64,000 nt of DNA from Clostridia bacterium. Lineage in GTDB: Bacteria; Bacillota; Clostridia; Oscillospirales; CAG-272. The stretch lies in the NCBI GenBank assembly GCA_017463065.1, contig JAFTPX010000046.1, positions 18,836-82,835 of the forward strand, given 5' to 3'. Numbering within the stretch: the first letter of the stretch is position 1; every line of letters begins with the position of its first letter. The notes beneath the pieces were generated by a model. That model was not told the origin of the DNA, searched no databases, and saw only the letters and a list, made by a program, of their open reading frames with translations. Of the stretch, positions 49,930 through 59,588 are shown piece by piece. A program made the position numbers and the translations under genes.

Positions 49930-50391
49930 ATGATTGCGGTATTACAACGGGTAAAGATGGCAAGTGTGACGGTAGAAGATAGAATCGTCGGCTCGTGCGG
50001 CAGGGGGGTGTGTATTTTGTTGGGGGTTGCCAGAGAGGATACGGAGGAGGACGCCAAAGTCTTGGCAGAGAAGATTCTTGGCTTGCGGATTTTTCAGGAC
50101 GAAAACGACAAAATGAATCTGTCCCTGAAGGATATGGACGGAGAGGCGTTGATCGTTTCCAACTTTACCTTGCTTGCCTCCTACAAGAAGGGAAAGCGTC
50201 CCGATTATATGGGAGCGGCGGCACCCGCAGAGGCGAAGCGACTGTACGAATATTTCGCCTATCTGTGCGAGGAACAGCTTCATCACGTGGGGCGGGGGCA
50301 GTTTGGTTCCCACATGGAGATTGCCATGACCTGCGATGGACCCGTGACCATTACAATGGATAGCAGAGTTTTGCGACCCGATCGAAAATAA
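49930..50391 (+). CDS. dtd: D-aminoacyl-tRNA deacylase
   Basis: 153 aa. MIAVLQRV N-terminus and the SNFTL motif. Follows rel, as in Bacillus. Confidence 0.93.
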   Translation: MIAVLQRVKMASVTVEDRIVGSCGRGVCILLGVAREDTEEDAKVLAEKILGLRIFQDENDKMNLSLKDMDGEALIVSNFTLLASYKKGKRPDYMGAAAPAEAKRLYEYFAYLCEEQLHHVGRGQFGSHMEIAMTCDGPVTITMDSRVLRPDRK

Positions 50392-50415
50392 ACCAAAGAT
50401 TGAAAAGAGGATGGT

Positions 50416-51921
50416 ATGAAAATTACACTGGATTCTCCCGTCAATAAATATTACGTTCAGACCCTGAGCATGATTTTCTTTCCGGGAGAGCATTTCGGAA
50501 AGAAGGGAAAGCCGACGGATGCCGCAGAGGAAGAGGAGCCTTCGCTGTACGTTCGTTCCGAACCAATCGGGAACGGAGTAAAGGCGTTTGCCCACGTGGA
50601 ATGGAAGGGAAAGATTCGTCAGGCGGAGTATGCGGCGGAGCAAAGCGAGGGGCGAAGCGAGGAGCGTACACTCAAGCTTGCCGTGGGCGGTGCCGTGCTT
50701 GCCGCTATGGGAGAGCTGATCGGATACCGTCCCGCATGGGGTATGATGATCGGCGTTCGTCCCTCCAAGGTGGCGTCGGAAATGCTGGACGCGGGAATCA
50801 GTAAGACCCGTACGAAAAAAATTCTGACCACCGACTATCTGGTGATCCCCAAAAAAGCGGCGTTGGCGACGGATATTGCCGTCACTGAGAAGCGGATCGT
50901 GGGAGAGCCCTCCCCGAAGGATTGCAGTATTTATATTTCGATCCCGTTTTGTCCCTCGCGGTGCACCTATTGCTCCTTCGTTTCATATACTTCCAAAAGA
51001 CTCTTGGATTTGATTCCTCAGTATCTGGTGCGTCTGAAGGAGGATATCCGTGAGAATTTTGTCCTTGCAGACCGCTTGGGACTTCGGGTTCGAACCGTGT
51101 ATATCGGAGGCGGAACGCCGACGATCCTTGATGCGGAGCAAATACGGGATATCCTTTCTCATATTGCCTCACTGACCGACGTGAGCGCGTTGGACGAATA
51201 TACCATGGAGGCGGGACGTCCCGATACCATTACCGAGGAAAAGCTTCGCATTGCCAAGGAATACGGTGTGACCCGTGTGAGTGTCAATCCCCAGAGCCTT
51301 TGCGACGAGGTGCTTTGCGGCATCGGCAGAAATCACTCGGTGGAGGAATTTTTCCGTGCCTTTGAGGATGCGAGACGGGTGAAGATCCATACGGTAAACG
51401 TGGATCTGATCGCGGGTCTGCCGGGAGATAATTTCCGCAGATTTTCTTCTACCATGGACGATATTCTTCAGCTGAATCCCGAAAATATCACCGTCCACAC
51501 CTTCTGTGTAAAAAAATCCGCGGAGATCCTTCGCCTGAACGCCGACGTGTATTCGGTGCGAGGAGGGGACGCGGGAAAATGCGTGGATTATTCTCAGATC
51601 AAGGCACATCAGGCAGGTTATATTCCATATTATATGTATAGGCAGAAGAATACAGTGGGAAACTATGAAAACGTTGGGTTTTCTTTGCCTGGGCATGAAG
51701 GACTGTACAATATTTACATGATGGAGGAGATCCACACGATCCTTGCTTCCGGTGCGGGAGCGGTAACAAAGCTGGTGGATCGTACGGGCTCCTATACCGA
51801 AGCGCGCAACATCGAACGACTGTTTCATCAAAAATATCCTTACGAGTATCTGGCGGAGGATCGAAGCCAAAGCTTCGCCGAAATTGCCGAGCGCTTTTAT
51901 CGGGAGCATGGATTGCTATAA
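50416..51921 (+). CDS. HemZ-like radical SAM protein (oxygen-independent coproporphyrinogen oxidase family)
   Basis: 501 aa. CxxxCxxC motif CPSRCTYCSF preceded by an N-domain of about 170 aa, then a HemN-like C-terminal domain. Confidence 0.75.
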   Translation: MKITLDSPVNKYYVQTLSMIFFPGEHFGKKGKPTDAAEEEEPSLYVRSEPIGNGVKAFAHVEWKGKIRQAEYAAEQSEGRSEERTLKLAVGGAVLAAMGELIGYRPAWGMMIGVRPSKVASEMLDAGISKTRTKKILTTDYLVIPKKAALATDIAVTEKRIVGEPSPKDCSIYISIPFCPSRCTYCSFVSYTSKRLLDLIPQYLVRLKEDIRENFVLADRLGLRVRTVYIGGGTPTILDAEQIRDILSHIASLTDVSALDEYTMEAGRPDTITEEKLRIAKEYGVTRVSVNPQSLCDEVLCGIGRNHSVEEFFRAFEDARRVKIHTVNVDLIAGLPGDNFRRFSSTMDDILQLNPENITVHTFCVKKSAEILRLNADVYSVRGGDAGKCVDYSQIKAHQAGYIPYYMYRQKNTVGNYENVGFSLPGHEGLYNIYMMEEIHTILASGAGAVTKLVDRTGSYTEARNIERLFHQKYPYEYLAEDRSQSFAEIAERFYREHGLL

Positions 51922-51966
51922 GGTCGGACGCTTCGATCCTTCGGGGCTTCCGAGGAAAGGAGTGCT

Positions 51967-52893
51967 ATGAAACAATTTGAAAAGCTGTATGACGTGACAG
52001 ATGGGCAGGTGGCAAACGCCAAGGACTGGATACGAGGGTGTGAGCTCGACTTTGGGCGTCGCTTGGATCGCATTGCCGAGGAGCTTTGCGACACGCGGGG
52101 GCTTCGGTTGCTTCGCCTGTCGGGACCAACCTGCTCGGGTAAGACCACAGGGGCGAATATGTTGCTTGAACGATTTGCCCAACGGGGTAAGCATTTGCAT
52201 CCGATTTCCATTGATGATTTTTATTACGACAAGGACGTCTTGCATGCGAGAGCGGAGGATCAGGAAAGCGGAAACGTGGATTACGATTCGGTAAAGACCA
52301 TCGACCTTGGGGCATTACAACGGTTTACCGAGGAAATTTTTACCCGTGATCGCAGTCATTGTCCCGTGTTTGATTTCAAAGCGGGAAAGCGGATTTCCTA
52401 CCGTCTGCTGGAGAGCGGACCTGACGACGTATTTATTTTCGAGGGGATTCAGGCGATTTATCCCGAGGTGATTGCGCTGTTTGAAGCCTGCGGGTATGAT
52501 AGCGTAGGGATTTATATTGCGCCTCAAAGTGCCATACGCACGGGAGCACAGCTCTTCGAGCCCAATGAAATCCGCCTGCTTCGTCGGCTGGTGCGGGACT
52601 ATAATTTCCGCGGTACCTCTCCCGAGAGAACCTTTGGGCTTTGGGGCGGCGTGCGTCGGAATGAGGAGCAGAATATTTTCCCCTACGCCCATACCTGTCG
52701 TGTTTTCGTGGATTCTACCATGCCTTACGAAATTGGCATATTAAAACCGTATCTTTTCCGTATTCTTCCTACCGTTTCCAAGGACAGTCCCCACAGAGAG
52801 ACTGCCGAGGGGATTCTCGGCAAGCTGGAGACGGTGGAGGTGATTTCCAATCGTCTGATTTTACCCAATTCGCTTTATAAAGAATTTATTTGA
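51967..52893 (+). CDS. uridine kinase / phosphoribulokinase-family P-loop kinase
   Basis: 308 aa. Walker A GPTCSGKTT, followed by SIDDFY and FEGI blocks typical of Udk-like kinases. Confidence 0.6.
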   Translation: MKQFEKLYDVTDGQVANAKDWIRGCELDFGRRLDRIAEELCDTRGLRLLRLSGPTCSGKTTGANMLLERFAQRGKHLHPISIDDFYYDKDVLHARAEDQESGNVDYDSVKTIDLGALQRFTEEIFTRDRSHCPVFDFKAGKRISYRLLESGPDDVFIFEGIQAIYPEVIALFEACGYDSVGIYIAPQSAIRTGAQLFEPNEIRLLRRLVRDYNFRGTSPERTFGLWGGVRRNEEQNIFPYAHTCRVFVDSTMPYEIGILKPYLFRILPTVSKDSPHRETAEGILGKLETVEVISNRLILPNSLYKEFI

Positions 52894-53056
52894 TTTTGTG
52901 CCTCGCTTCCCGTTACATACGACGGAATACCGATAAAAGACCGTGAATACAATGGCAGTAAGGCGGTGTGGTATATCCGCCATTTTGAAAACGGCGGTGA
53001 AGCGAGTGAAAAAGGAAAAAGGAAAGCAAGTAAAAGAAAAAAGAGACGGCGGTTTT

Positions 53057-54679
53057 ATGTCGGGGGTTTTGATCCTGTCTCTTTCTACCGTGATCGTCAA
53101 GGTAATCGGGCTTGCCTACAAGATTCCGATGCTGTCCTATCTGGGTGCGGAAGGGATGGGATATTTTAATTCGGCATATGAAATTTACGCCTTGCTTTGC
53201 GTGATTTCTACGGCGGGACTTCCCGTGGCACTTTCCATGCTGATTGCGGCGCGCCGTGAGCGAGACACGCAAAAGCAGGAAGCCTTTGGTTCGATCCGCC
53301 GTATTTACCGATCGGCGCTATGCATTTTTTTGATCCTTGGAGGTGGCGGTACGGCACTGATGCTAGCGTTTGCAAAGCCGATCTCCCTCTGGATCGGAAA
53401 CGAGGGGGCGTTCCTTTGCGTTTTGGCAATTGCCCCCGCATTGTTTTGCGTGTGTTTTTCCAGTGCGGTAAGAGGCTATTTTCAAGGCTTTCACCGTATG
53501 GCGCCTACTGCAATCTCTCAATTGATCGAGGCGTTCGGAAAGCTGATCTTTGGTGTTTGGTTCGCCTCCATCGCCCTCAAAAAGGGAATGGATATTCCGT
53601 CCGTGGCGGCATTTGCCGTATTGGGCTTGTCTTTGGGTACTCTTCTTTCCTCCCTGTATTTGTTTTTATTAAAGGCGGCGGATCCCAATCGGCAGGAGCG
53701 AGTATCCCTGATCGCCGAGAAGGAACAACCCTTCTCCACGCTGTTGCGGATTGCCGTTCCCATCACCGTCAGCTCGGCAGTCTTGAACGTGACACGACTG
53801 ATCGATATGACCTTGATCATGCGTCGCTTGCAGACCGCGGGTATGAGCGCGGCGGAGGCGAATGCAATCTACGGCTCTTATACGACCCTTGCCGTCCCCG
53901 TGTTTGGCTTGATTCCATCTCTCATCACGCCAATCTCACTGGCTTTGGTTCCTAAGCTTTCGGCGGCGATTGAAAGCCGATCGAGGGAGGAGGAGGCAAT
54001 GGTTACGGATCGCTCGATTCGTGTGGCGGTCTTGTTCGCTATGCCTGCCTCTATGGGGATCGCCGTGTATGCCCGCCCAATCCTGTCTCTACTGTTTTCG
54101 GGAGAGGAGGAGGCGATCGCGGTTGCCGCCCCCTTGCTCTCTCTGTTGGGCTTTTCGATTCTTTTTTCCGGCTTGATTACGACGACCAACGCAATTCTGC
54201 AATCCTATCGGTGCACGGGAAAGCCAATCCTTTCCATGGCGGTGGGGGCGGTGGTCAAGATCGTAACGGCGTATGGCTTGATTGGAATTCCCTCGGTGGG
54301 GGTATACGGTGCGCCTATCAGTACCTTCTTTTGCAATTTGACCGTGACGGCAATGAATTTTTATTTTCTCGGTATTTGTGTACCTAAAGGGCAGCGTGTC
54401 AGTGGCTTTTTTCGGGTGTGGTGCAAGCCCTTGGCGGCATCCTCCTTTGCGATCCTTGGCTCGCTGGCAGTCTATTTGCCTATGGAGCGGTGGACGGAAA
54501 ACGGCACGGTGGCTTTTTTGAGTGCCGTTGTTACGGCGGTTCTGGTATACGGAATCTTCGCGTTGCTTTTGAGAATCGTTACGGAGGAAGATATCGCATT
54601 GTTGCCGATGGGAACCCAGCTTTTAAATCGATGGAAACACTTCGGAGAAAACCGTAAGAAGCCTCGAACGGATGGATAA
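53057..54679 (+). CDS. MOP-superfamily polysaccharide/lipid II flippase (YabM/SpoVB/MurJ-like)
   Basis: About 14 TM helices. N-terminal block LILSLSTVIVKVIGLAYKIPMLSYLGAEGMGYFNSAYEIY...STAGLPVALS matches the family. The start is uncertain: ATG 53057 is chosen, and in-frame alternatives lie at 52943 and 52952. Confidence 0.8.
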   Translation: MSGVLILSLSTVIVKVIGLAYKIPMLSYLGAEGMGYFNSAYEIYALLCVISTAGLPVALSMLIAARRERDTQKQEAFGSIRRIYRSALCIFLILGGGGTALMLAFAKPISLWIGNEGAFLCVLAIAPALFCVCFSSAVRGYFQGFHRMAPTAISQLIEAFGKLIFGVWFASIALKKGMDIPSVAAFAVLGLSLGTLLSSLYLFLLKAADPNRQERVSLIAEKEQPFSTLLRIAVPITVSSAVLNVTRLIDMTLIMRRLQTAGMSAAEANAIYGSYTTLAVPVFGLIPSLITPISLALVPKLSAAIESRSREEEAMVTDRSIRVAVLFAMPASMGIAVYARPILSLLFSGEEEAIAVAAPLLSLLGFSILFSGLITTTNAILQSYRCTGKPILSMAVGAVVKIVTAYGLIGIPSVGVYGAPISTFFCNLTVTAMNFYFLGICVPKGQRVSGFFRVWCKPLAASSFAILGSLAVYLPMERWTENGTVAFLSAVVTAVLVYGIFALLLRIVTEEDIALLPMGTQLLNRWKHFGENRKKPRTDG

Positions 54680-54723
54680 TAACTCCGATGGGAAATAAAA
54701 AGAATAAAAAGAGGAAAACGACG

Positions 54724-55545
54724 ATGACAGTCAATGAAAAAATCCAAATGCTTTTGGAGAAAAACGAATATGATTTTGAAGATCTGGTGATGATATTGGA
54801 GGTGCTTCGGTCGGAGCAGGGATGTCCTTGGGATCGGGAGCAGGATCATAAGAGCATACGAAAGGATTTGATTGAGGAGACCTATGAGGTGATCGAGGCA
54901 ATCGATACCGAAAATCCCGTGCTTTTGCGAGAAGAACTGGGAGACGTATTGTTGCAGGTAGTGTTCCATGCCCAGATCGAAACCGAAGAAAACCGATTTG
55001 ATATTCACGACGTGGCAAACGATATTTGCGCCAAGCTGATCCATCGTCATCCTCACGTATTTGGTGGGGTGGATGCGGACACATCCGATCAGGTGTTGGT
55101 CAACTGGGAAAAGATCAAAAGTGAGGAAAAGAAACGGAAAACCGTTACCGATAAGCTCCGCGCGATTCCCCCCATGCTTCCTGCCCTGATGCGAGCGGAA
55201 AAGGTGGGGAAAAAAGCAAAATGCTTTGATTTTGCCGATGCGGATGAGGCGATGGAAAAGGTTCGGGAGGAGCTTGCCGAGCTGGAGGCGGCACTGTCCT
55301 CGGGAGAGAGCGATGCCAGAGCGGAGGAGGAGATGGGAGATCTGCTTCTTACCGTTACGTCCCTTTGCCGAAAGCTGAAGATCGATCCCGAGGTCGCCCT
55401 GAATCACGCCACGGTTAAATTTATTGACCGATTCGCAATCGTGGAAGATGCCGTTTTGAAGAGCGGCAGGGAAATGGAAAAGATGAGTGTCTCCGAGTTG
55501 AATCGAATTTGGGATGAAAATAAACATAAAAAAGCAAAAAACTAA
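54724..55545 (+). CDS. mazG: nucleoside triphosphate pyrophosphohydrolase MazG (YabN-like)
   Basis: Start taken at ATG 54724 (AGAGGA RBS); the alternative is 54688. Tandem MazG domains with GCPWDREQ and EETYEVIEAI motifs. Confidence 0.88.
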   Translation: MTVNEKIQMLLEKNEYDFEDLVMILEVLRSEQGCPWDREQDHKSIRKDLIEETYEVIEAIDTENPVLLREELGDVLLQVVFHAQIETEENRFDIHDVANDICAKLIHRHPHVFGGVDADTSDQVLVNWEKIKSEEKKRKTVTDKLRAIPPMLPALMRAEKVGKKAKCFDFADADEAMEKVREELAELEAALSSGESDARAEEEMGDLLLTVTSLCRKLKIDPEVALNHATVKFIDRFAIVEDAVLKSGREMEKMSVSELNRIWDENKHKKAKN

Positions 55546-55575
55546 TAATATTTTGGGAAAAAAGCAAAAAAACCC

Positions 55576-55604
55576 TTGCTATTTGAAAAAAAGTGTGCTA
55601 TAAT
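55576..55604 (+). promoter_or_regulatory. sigma-A promoter of hup
   Basis: TTGCTA (55576-55581), 17 nt, TGcTATAAT (TATAAT at 55599-55604). Confidence 0.8.
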
Positions 55605-55668
55605 GATACTGTCAGCTTGCGGGAGAACGTCTTCCGCTCAAATCTAAAGAAAAAGAAAGGGAAAAATC

Positions 55669-55941
55669 ATGAACAAGACACAGTTGGTTGAAGTTGTCGC
55701 ATTGAAGTCCGGATTGAAGAAGAAAGAGGCTGAGGCAGCTGTTAACGCTATGACCGAGGCAATCGCAGAAGCACTGAAGGCTGGCGATAAGGTTCAGTTG
55801 ATCGGCTTTGGTACCTTCGAGGTTAAGGAAAGAGCGGCAAGAGAAGGTCGTAACCCCAAGACCGGCGAGACCATCAAGATTGCGGCTTCCAAGCATCCCG
55901 CATTTGCTGCAGGCAAGGCTCTGAAGGACGCTGTAAACTAA
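55669..55941 (+). CDS. hup: DNA-binding protein HU
   Basis: 90 aa. MNKTQLV N-terminus and [22 protein letters not shown] arm. Confidence 0.97.
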   Translation: MNKTQLVEVVALKSGLKKKEAEAAVNAMTEAIAEALKAGDKVQLIGFGTFEVKERAAREGRNPKTGETIKIAASKHPAFAAGKALKDAVN

Positions 55942-55951
55942 TTGCTGATTT

Positions 55952-55990
55952 GAGAGCGGTTGGAGAGATTCGACCGCTCTCGGCTTTTTC
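55952..55990 (+). terminator. intrinsic terminator after hup
   Basis: GAGAGCGGT-(12 nt)-ACCGCTCTC, followed by GGCTTTTTC. Confidence 0.75.
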
Positions 55991-56001
55991 GGAGAGAAGA
56001 T

Positions 56002-56247
56002 ATGAGATTGGATAAATATTTGAAGGTATCAAGAATTATCAAGCGGCGAACGGTGGCAAACGATGCTTGCGACACCGAGCACGTATCAGTCAACGGCAGA
56101 CGCGCTAAGGCATCCTATGACGTAAAGGAAGGGGACGTGATCGAGATCACCTTTGGGCAGAGAACCCTCAAGCTCAAGGTGCTCACGGTAAAGGACTCCG
56201 TTGCCAAGGCGGATGCCGTCGACATGTATGAGATTATAGAAGAATAA
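56002..56247 (+). CDS. S4-domain RNA-binding protein (YabO/Hsp15-like)
   Basis: Start trimmed to ATG 56002, because the track start 55960 lies inside the hup terminator. [18 protein letters not shown]4 motif. 81 aa. Confidence 0.85.
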   Translation: MRLDKYLKVSRIIKRRTVANDACDTEHVSVNGRRAKASYDVKEGDVIEITFGQRTLKLKVLTVKDSVAKADAVDMYEIIEE

Positions 56248-56264
56248 CGAATAAACCCAAAACA

Positions 56265-56303
56265 CTCCGCATATGATGAATTACATCAGTGCGGAGGTTT
56301 TTT
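56265..56303 (+). terminator. terminator-like hairpin whose 3' arm contains the yabP RBS
   Basis: CTCCGCA..(TGATG-AATTA-CATCA)..TGCGGAG, followed by GTTTTTT. The yabP ATG is at 56304 and the GGAGG RBS at 56293-56297 lies inside the stem. Confidence 0.6.
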
Positions 56304-56582
56304 ATGAACGGACAAACCGAGAAGCGGAATCATGAATTTACGGTGACCATGAGAAGAGAAATGAAAATATGCGGTGTCAAAGAGGTGGATCGCTTTGACG
56401 ACGTAGAGGTAGTCTTGCGTACGGCAGGGGGCGATATGACCATAGAAGGACGGGATCTTAAGATCGGTGTCTTGGATACGGATAAAGGGATCGTGACACT
56501 CGGTGGACAAATCGACGGTATCTTTTATTCCACGGAGGACGGAGAGGAGAAAAAAGGCTTCTTCGGGAAATTGTTTCGGTAA
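56304..56582 (+). CDS. yabP: sporulation protein YabP
   Basis: Start trimmed to ATG 56304. 92 aa. YabP-family pattern (V..FD...V.L.T..G.L.I.G..L.I..L....G.V.I.G.I). Confidence 0.85.
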   Translation: MNGQTEKRNHEFTVTMRREMKICGVKEVDRFDDVEVVLRTAGGDMTIEGRDLKIGVLDTDKGIVTLGGQIDGIFYSTEDGEEKKGFFGKLFR

Positions 56583-56587
56583 GCGGA

Positions 56588-57238
56588 ATGGCAATTTCTC
56601 CTGTTCTTTTGTTTTGGTTGCTCGTGTGTTCTTTTCTGTTCGGTGTGGCAATGGGCGTGATGAACGATCTGTTTCGCATCAGCAGGGTATTGCTTGGCGT
56701 TCGTTATGTGGGGAAGCGGTTGGATTGCCTGTATGAGCGCCCATTGCCGATTCTGAAGCGACCGCTTCGTACCGCTACGGAGAGCAAGGTGGCGCACAGA
56801 GTATTGCCGATCCTGATTTTTGCGCAGGATGTTTTTTTGCTTTGCTCGGCCGGCGTAGGAACGGTGATTTTGAATTATTATTTTAATCACGGTAAATTTC
56901 GTTTGTATACCGTCGTCGCATTGCTTGTGGGCTTTGTTTTGTATTATTTTACCGTGGGGAAACTGGTGACGGCGGTATCCGAAATTATCGTGTTCGGCGT
57001 GCGGGCTTTGGTTAGCATCCTTATGTTTTTGATATTTCGTCCATTTGTGACTTTTTTCGATTTTTTGGAAAAATATATTAAAAAAATCAGTAAAAATATC
57101 AAAAAAACTATTGCAAACAAACGAAAAAGAGTGTATACTATTAGTAAAGAAGCAATTTTGAGGAAGCGAGCGAAAATCGGATTCCTTCCTATTGCGCCAA
57201 ATAAAGCAAAAACGAACCATGACACGGAGGCCCCATGA
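56588..57238 (+). CDS. yabQ: spore cortex biosynthesis protein YabQ
   Basis: 216 aa, polytopic membrane protein with a basic C-terminal tail. Lies immediately after yabP. Confidence 0.8.
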   Translation: MAISPVLLFWLLVCSFLFGVAMGVMNDLFRISRVLLGVRYVGKRLDCLYERPLPILKRPLRTATESKVAHRVLPILIFAQDVFLLCSAGVGTVILNYYFNHGKFRLYTVVALLVGFVLYYFTVGKLVTAVSEIIVFGVRALVSILMFLIFRPFVTFFDFLEKYIKKISKNIKKTIANKRKRVYTISKEAILRKRAKIGFLPIAPNKAKTNHDTEAP

Positions 57239-57537
57239 CACTGAAAAAGTATTTTACAGGTAAAAAGACAATAGCTACGCTGTTGATACAAGGATTCCTT
57301 GTTCTGCTGTTCGTTTTTTCTGTTGTCTTTTTCGTGTGGAGTTTGATGCAGTACAATGAGATCATGGAGGACAAAAAAGAAGACGAGGCGTATATTGAGC
57401 AGTTGAACGATGAGATCGAGGAGCTTCAATATCTCATTGACGCACCCTTGGACGATACCTTTAAAATTCGTATTGCCCGTGAAAAGCTGGGTATGTGCTT
57501 TCCCGATGAAATTATTTTTTATACTGAAATGGAATAA
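57235..57537 (+). CDS. divIC: septum formation initiator DivIC/FtsB
   Basis: ATGA overlap with yabQ. 100 aa, with one TM helix, a coiled coil and an IAREKLGM...DEI tail. Confidence 0.85.
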   Translation: MTLKKYFTGKKTIATLLIQGFLVLLFVFSVVFFVWSLMQYNEIMEDKKEDEAYIEQLNDEIEELQYLIDAPLDDTFKIRIAREKLGMCFPDEIIFYTEME

Positions 57538-57611
57538 AGGAGCGGTATAGATTTCCGTTCGTTTTGGAACAATAAGAAAAAGGAAGTTTTACTCGGGAAG
57601 AGGTATTGGCA

Positions 57612-59537
57612 ATGCAGTCAAAAAATATGCTTGCGCCTTATTTGTTCCACCAAGGAACCAATTACAAGGCGTACGAATATATGGGGGTGCACCGTACGGA
57701 TACGGGCTTTGTCTTTCGTGTCTGGGCGCCTAATGCGGAACGTGTTTTTGTGGTAGGGGATTTCAACGGCTGGACCGATCAGGATCCGATGAATCATATT
57801 ACCCAGGGCGGCATTTGGGAGACGGTAATCACGGAGGAAAGAGCAAAGCTCGGTGATAAGTATAAATATAAGATCATTGGATCGGGGAAAACGGTTTATA
57901 AGTCCGATCCTTACGGCGTATTGACCGAATGTCCGCCCAAAACCGCTACGGTGATCGGAGAGATCGGCGGCTACGAATGGCGAGACGACGGTTGGTTAAC
58001 GTATCGCCGCCAAAAAGCGGGAAAGATGTACGCCGAGCCTATGAATATTTACGAATTGCATATTGGCTCGTGGAAGCGGCACGAGGACGGCTCTTATTAT
58101 ACCTATGGAGAGCTGGCACGGGAGCTTGCGCCTTACGTGAAGCAGATGGGATATACCCACGTGGAGCTGATGCCCGTAATGGAGCATCCCTTTGACGGTT
58201 CTTGGGGGTATCAGGTTTGCTCTTACTATGCGCCTACCGCAAGATTTGGAACGCCGCGGGAGCTGATGGGGTTTGTGGATTCCATGCACGAGGCTGGGAT
58301 CGGCGTGATTCTGGACTGGGTTCCCGCTCATTTTCCCAAGGACGAGCATGGCTTGTATGAATTCGACGGAAGACCGCTGTATGAATATCAGGGATATGAC
58401 CGCATGGAGCATGCGGGGTGGGGAACCAGACGCTTTGACGTGGGACGGAACGAGGTTGAAAGCTTTTTGGTATCCAATGCGATGTTTTGGGTAGAGAACT
58501 ACCATGTGGACGGGCTGCGTGTAGATGCCGTAGCGTCGATGCTGTATCTGGACTATGATAAAGCGCCGGGAGAATGGGTTCCCAACGTGTACGGGGATCA
58601 CCGTTGTCTGGAGGCGATTGCCTTTTTTCGCAAGCTGAACTCCTGTATCAAGGAATACCATCCCGACGTGTTGATGATCGCGGAGGAGTCTACCGCATGG
58701 GCAAACGTCACGGGCTTTGAAAACGAGGGGCTTGGCTTCGATATGAAATGGAACATGGGCTGGATGAATGATACGTTGTCCTATGCTGAGCTGGACCCCA
58801 TCTATCGGAAATATCACCATGAGAAGCTTACGTTCTCTATGACGTATGCCTTTGGGGAGCATTACATTCTCCCGATTTCCCATGACGAGGTGGTTCATCT
58901 CAAAAAGTCCTATCTGGATAAAATGTCGGGGGATTATTGGCAGAAATTTGCCTCTGCCCGTGCGTTTGCGGGGTATATGATGACCCATCCCGGTAAAAAG
59001 CTGTCGTTTATGGGAAATGAGATTGGACAGTTTGCTGAATGGAGCTCGGATAAGGAGCTGGATTGGTTTTTGCTGGAATATGAGTCACACGCGAAGTATC
59101 AACGGTATATTTCCTGTTTGAATCATCTGTACCTGAAGACCCCCGCTCTGTGGCAGATCGACGATTCTTGGGACGGATTTCAATGGATCGACGCGGACAA
59201 TCGGGATCATAGCCTGATCTCGTATCGCCGAATCGATAAAAAGGGAGATGAGGTCATTGTGGTGATCAACTTTACACCCGTGGCGAGAGAAGAGTATCCC
59301 ATCGGAGTGCCTGTGGATGGAATCTACGAGGAGATTTTTAATTCGGATGATGAGTCCTTTGGCGGAAGCGGAGTGATCAATACGGGAAACCTTCGTGCTG
59401 TGGGACAGCCCGAGAATTATTTGCCCGCTTCGCTTCGATTGCGAATCCCCCCTCTCGGCATGTCGGTTCTGCGTTGTAAAAAGAAAACGGGAAAGACCGT
59501 TTCCGACTGTCAAAGACTGCGGGCGGACAAAGCTTGA
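57612..59537 (+). CDS. glgB: 1,4-alpha-glucan branching enzyme
   Basis: About 641 aa from ATG 57612; the alternative start is TTG 57606. GH13 blocks are present: DWVPAHF, GLRVDAVASMLY, MIAEESTAW, SHDEVVH. Confidence 0.95.
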   Translation: MQSKNMLAPYLFHQGTNYKAYEYMGVHRTDTGFVFRVWAPNAERVFVVGDFNGWTDQDPMNHITQGGIWETVITEERAKLGDKYKYKIIGSGKTVYKSDPYGVLTECPPKTATVIGEIGGYEWRDDGWLTYRRQKAGKMYAEPMNIYELHIGSWKRHEDGSYYTYGELARELAPYVKQMGYTHVELMPVMEHPFDGSWGYQVCSYYAPTARFGTPRELMGFVDSMHEAGIGVILDWVPAHFPKDEHGLYEFDGRPLYEYQGYDRMEHAGWGTRRFDVGRNEVESFLVSNAMFWVENYHVDGLRVDAVASMLYLDYDKAPGEWVPNVYGDHRCLEAIAFFRKLNSCIKEYHPDVLMIAEESTAWANVTGFENEGLGFDMKWNMGWMNDTLSYAELDPIYRKYHHEKLTFSMTYAFGEHYILPISHDEVVHLKKSYLDKMSGDYWQKFASARAFAGYMMTHPGKKLSFMGNEIGQFAEWSSDKELDWFLLEYESHAKYQRYISCLNHLYLKTPALWQIDDSWDGFQWIDADNRDHSLISYRRIDKKGDEVIVVINFTPVAREEYPIGVPVDGIYEEIFNSDDESFGGSGVINTGNLRAVGQPENYLPASLRLRIPPLGMSVLRCKKKTGKTVSDCQRLRADKA

Positions 59538-59588
59538 TTTGTGGTTCGATTTTTAAAGACAATAAATAAAAAACAAACGGAGGTAATT

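Noticed and set aside
51086-51096. GGGTTCGAACC, which resembles a tRNA T-arm
   Set aside because: It lies inside the HemZ-like coding frame, and no acceptor, D or anticodon arms surround it. I could recognise no tRNA gene anywhere in the window.
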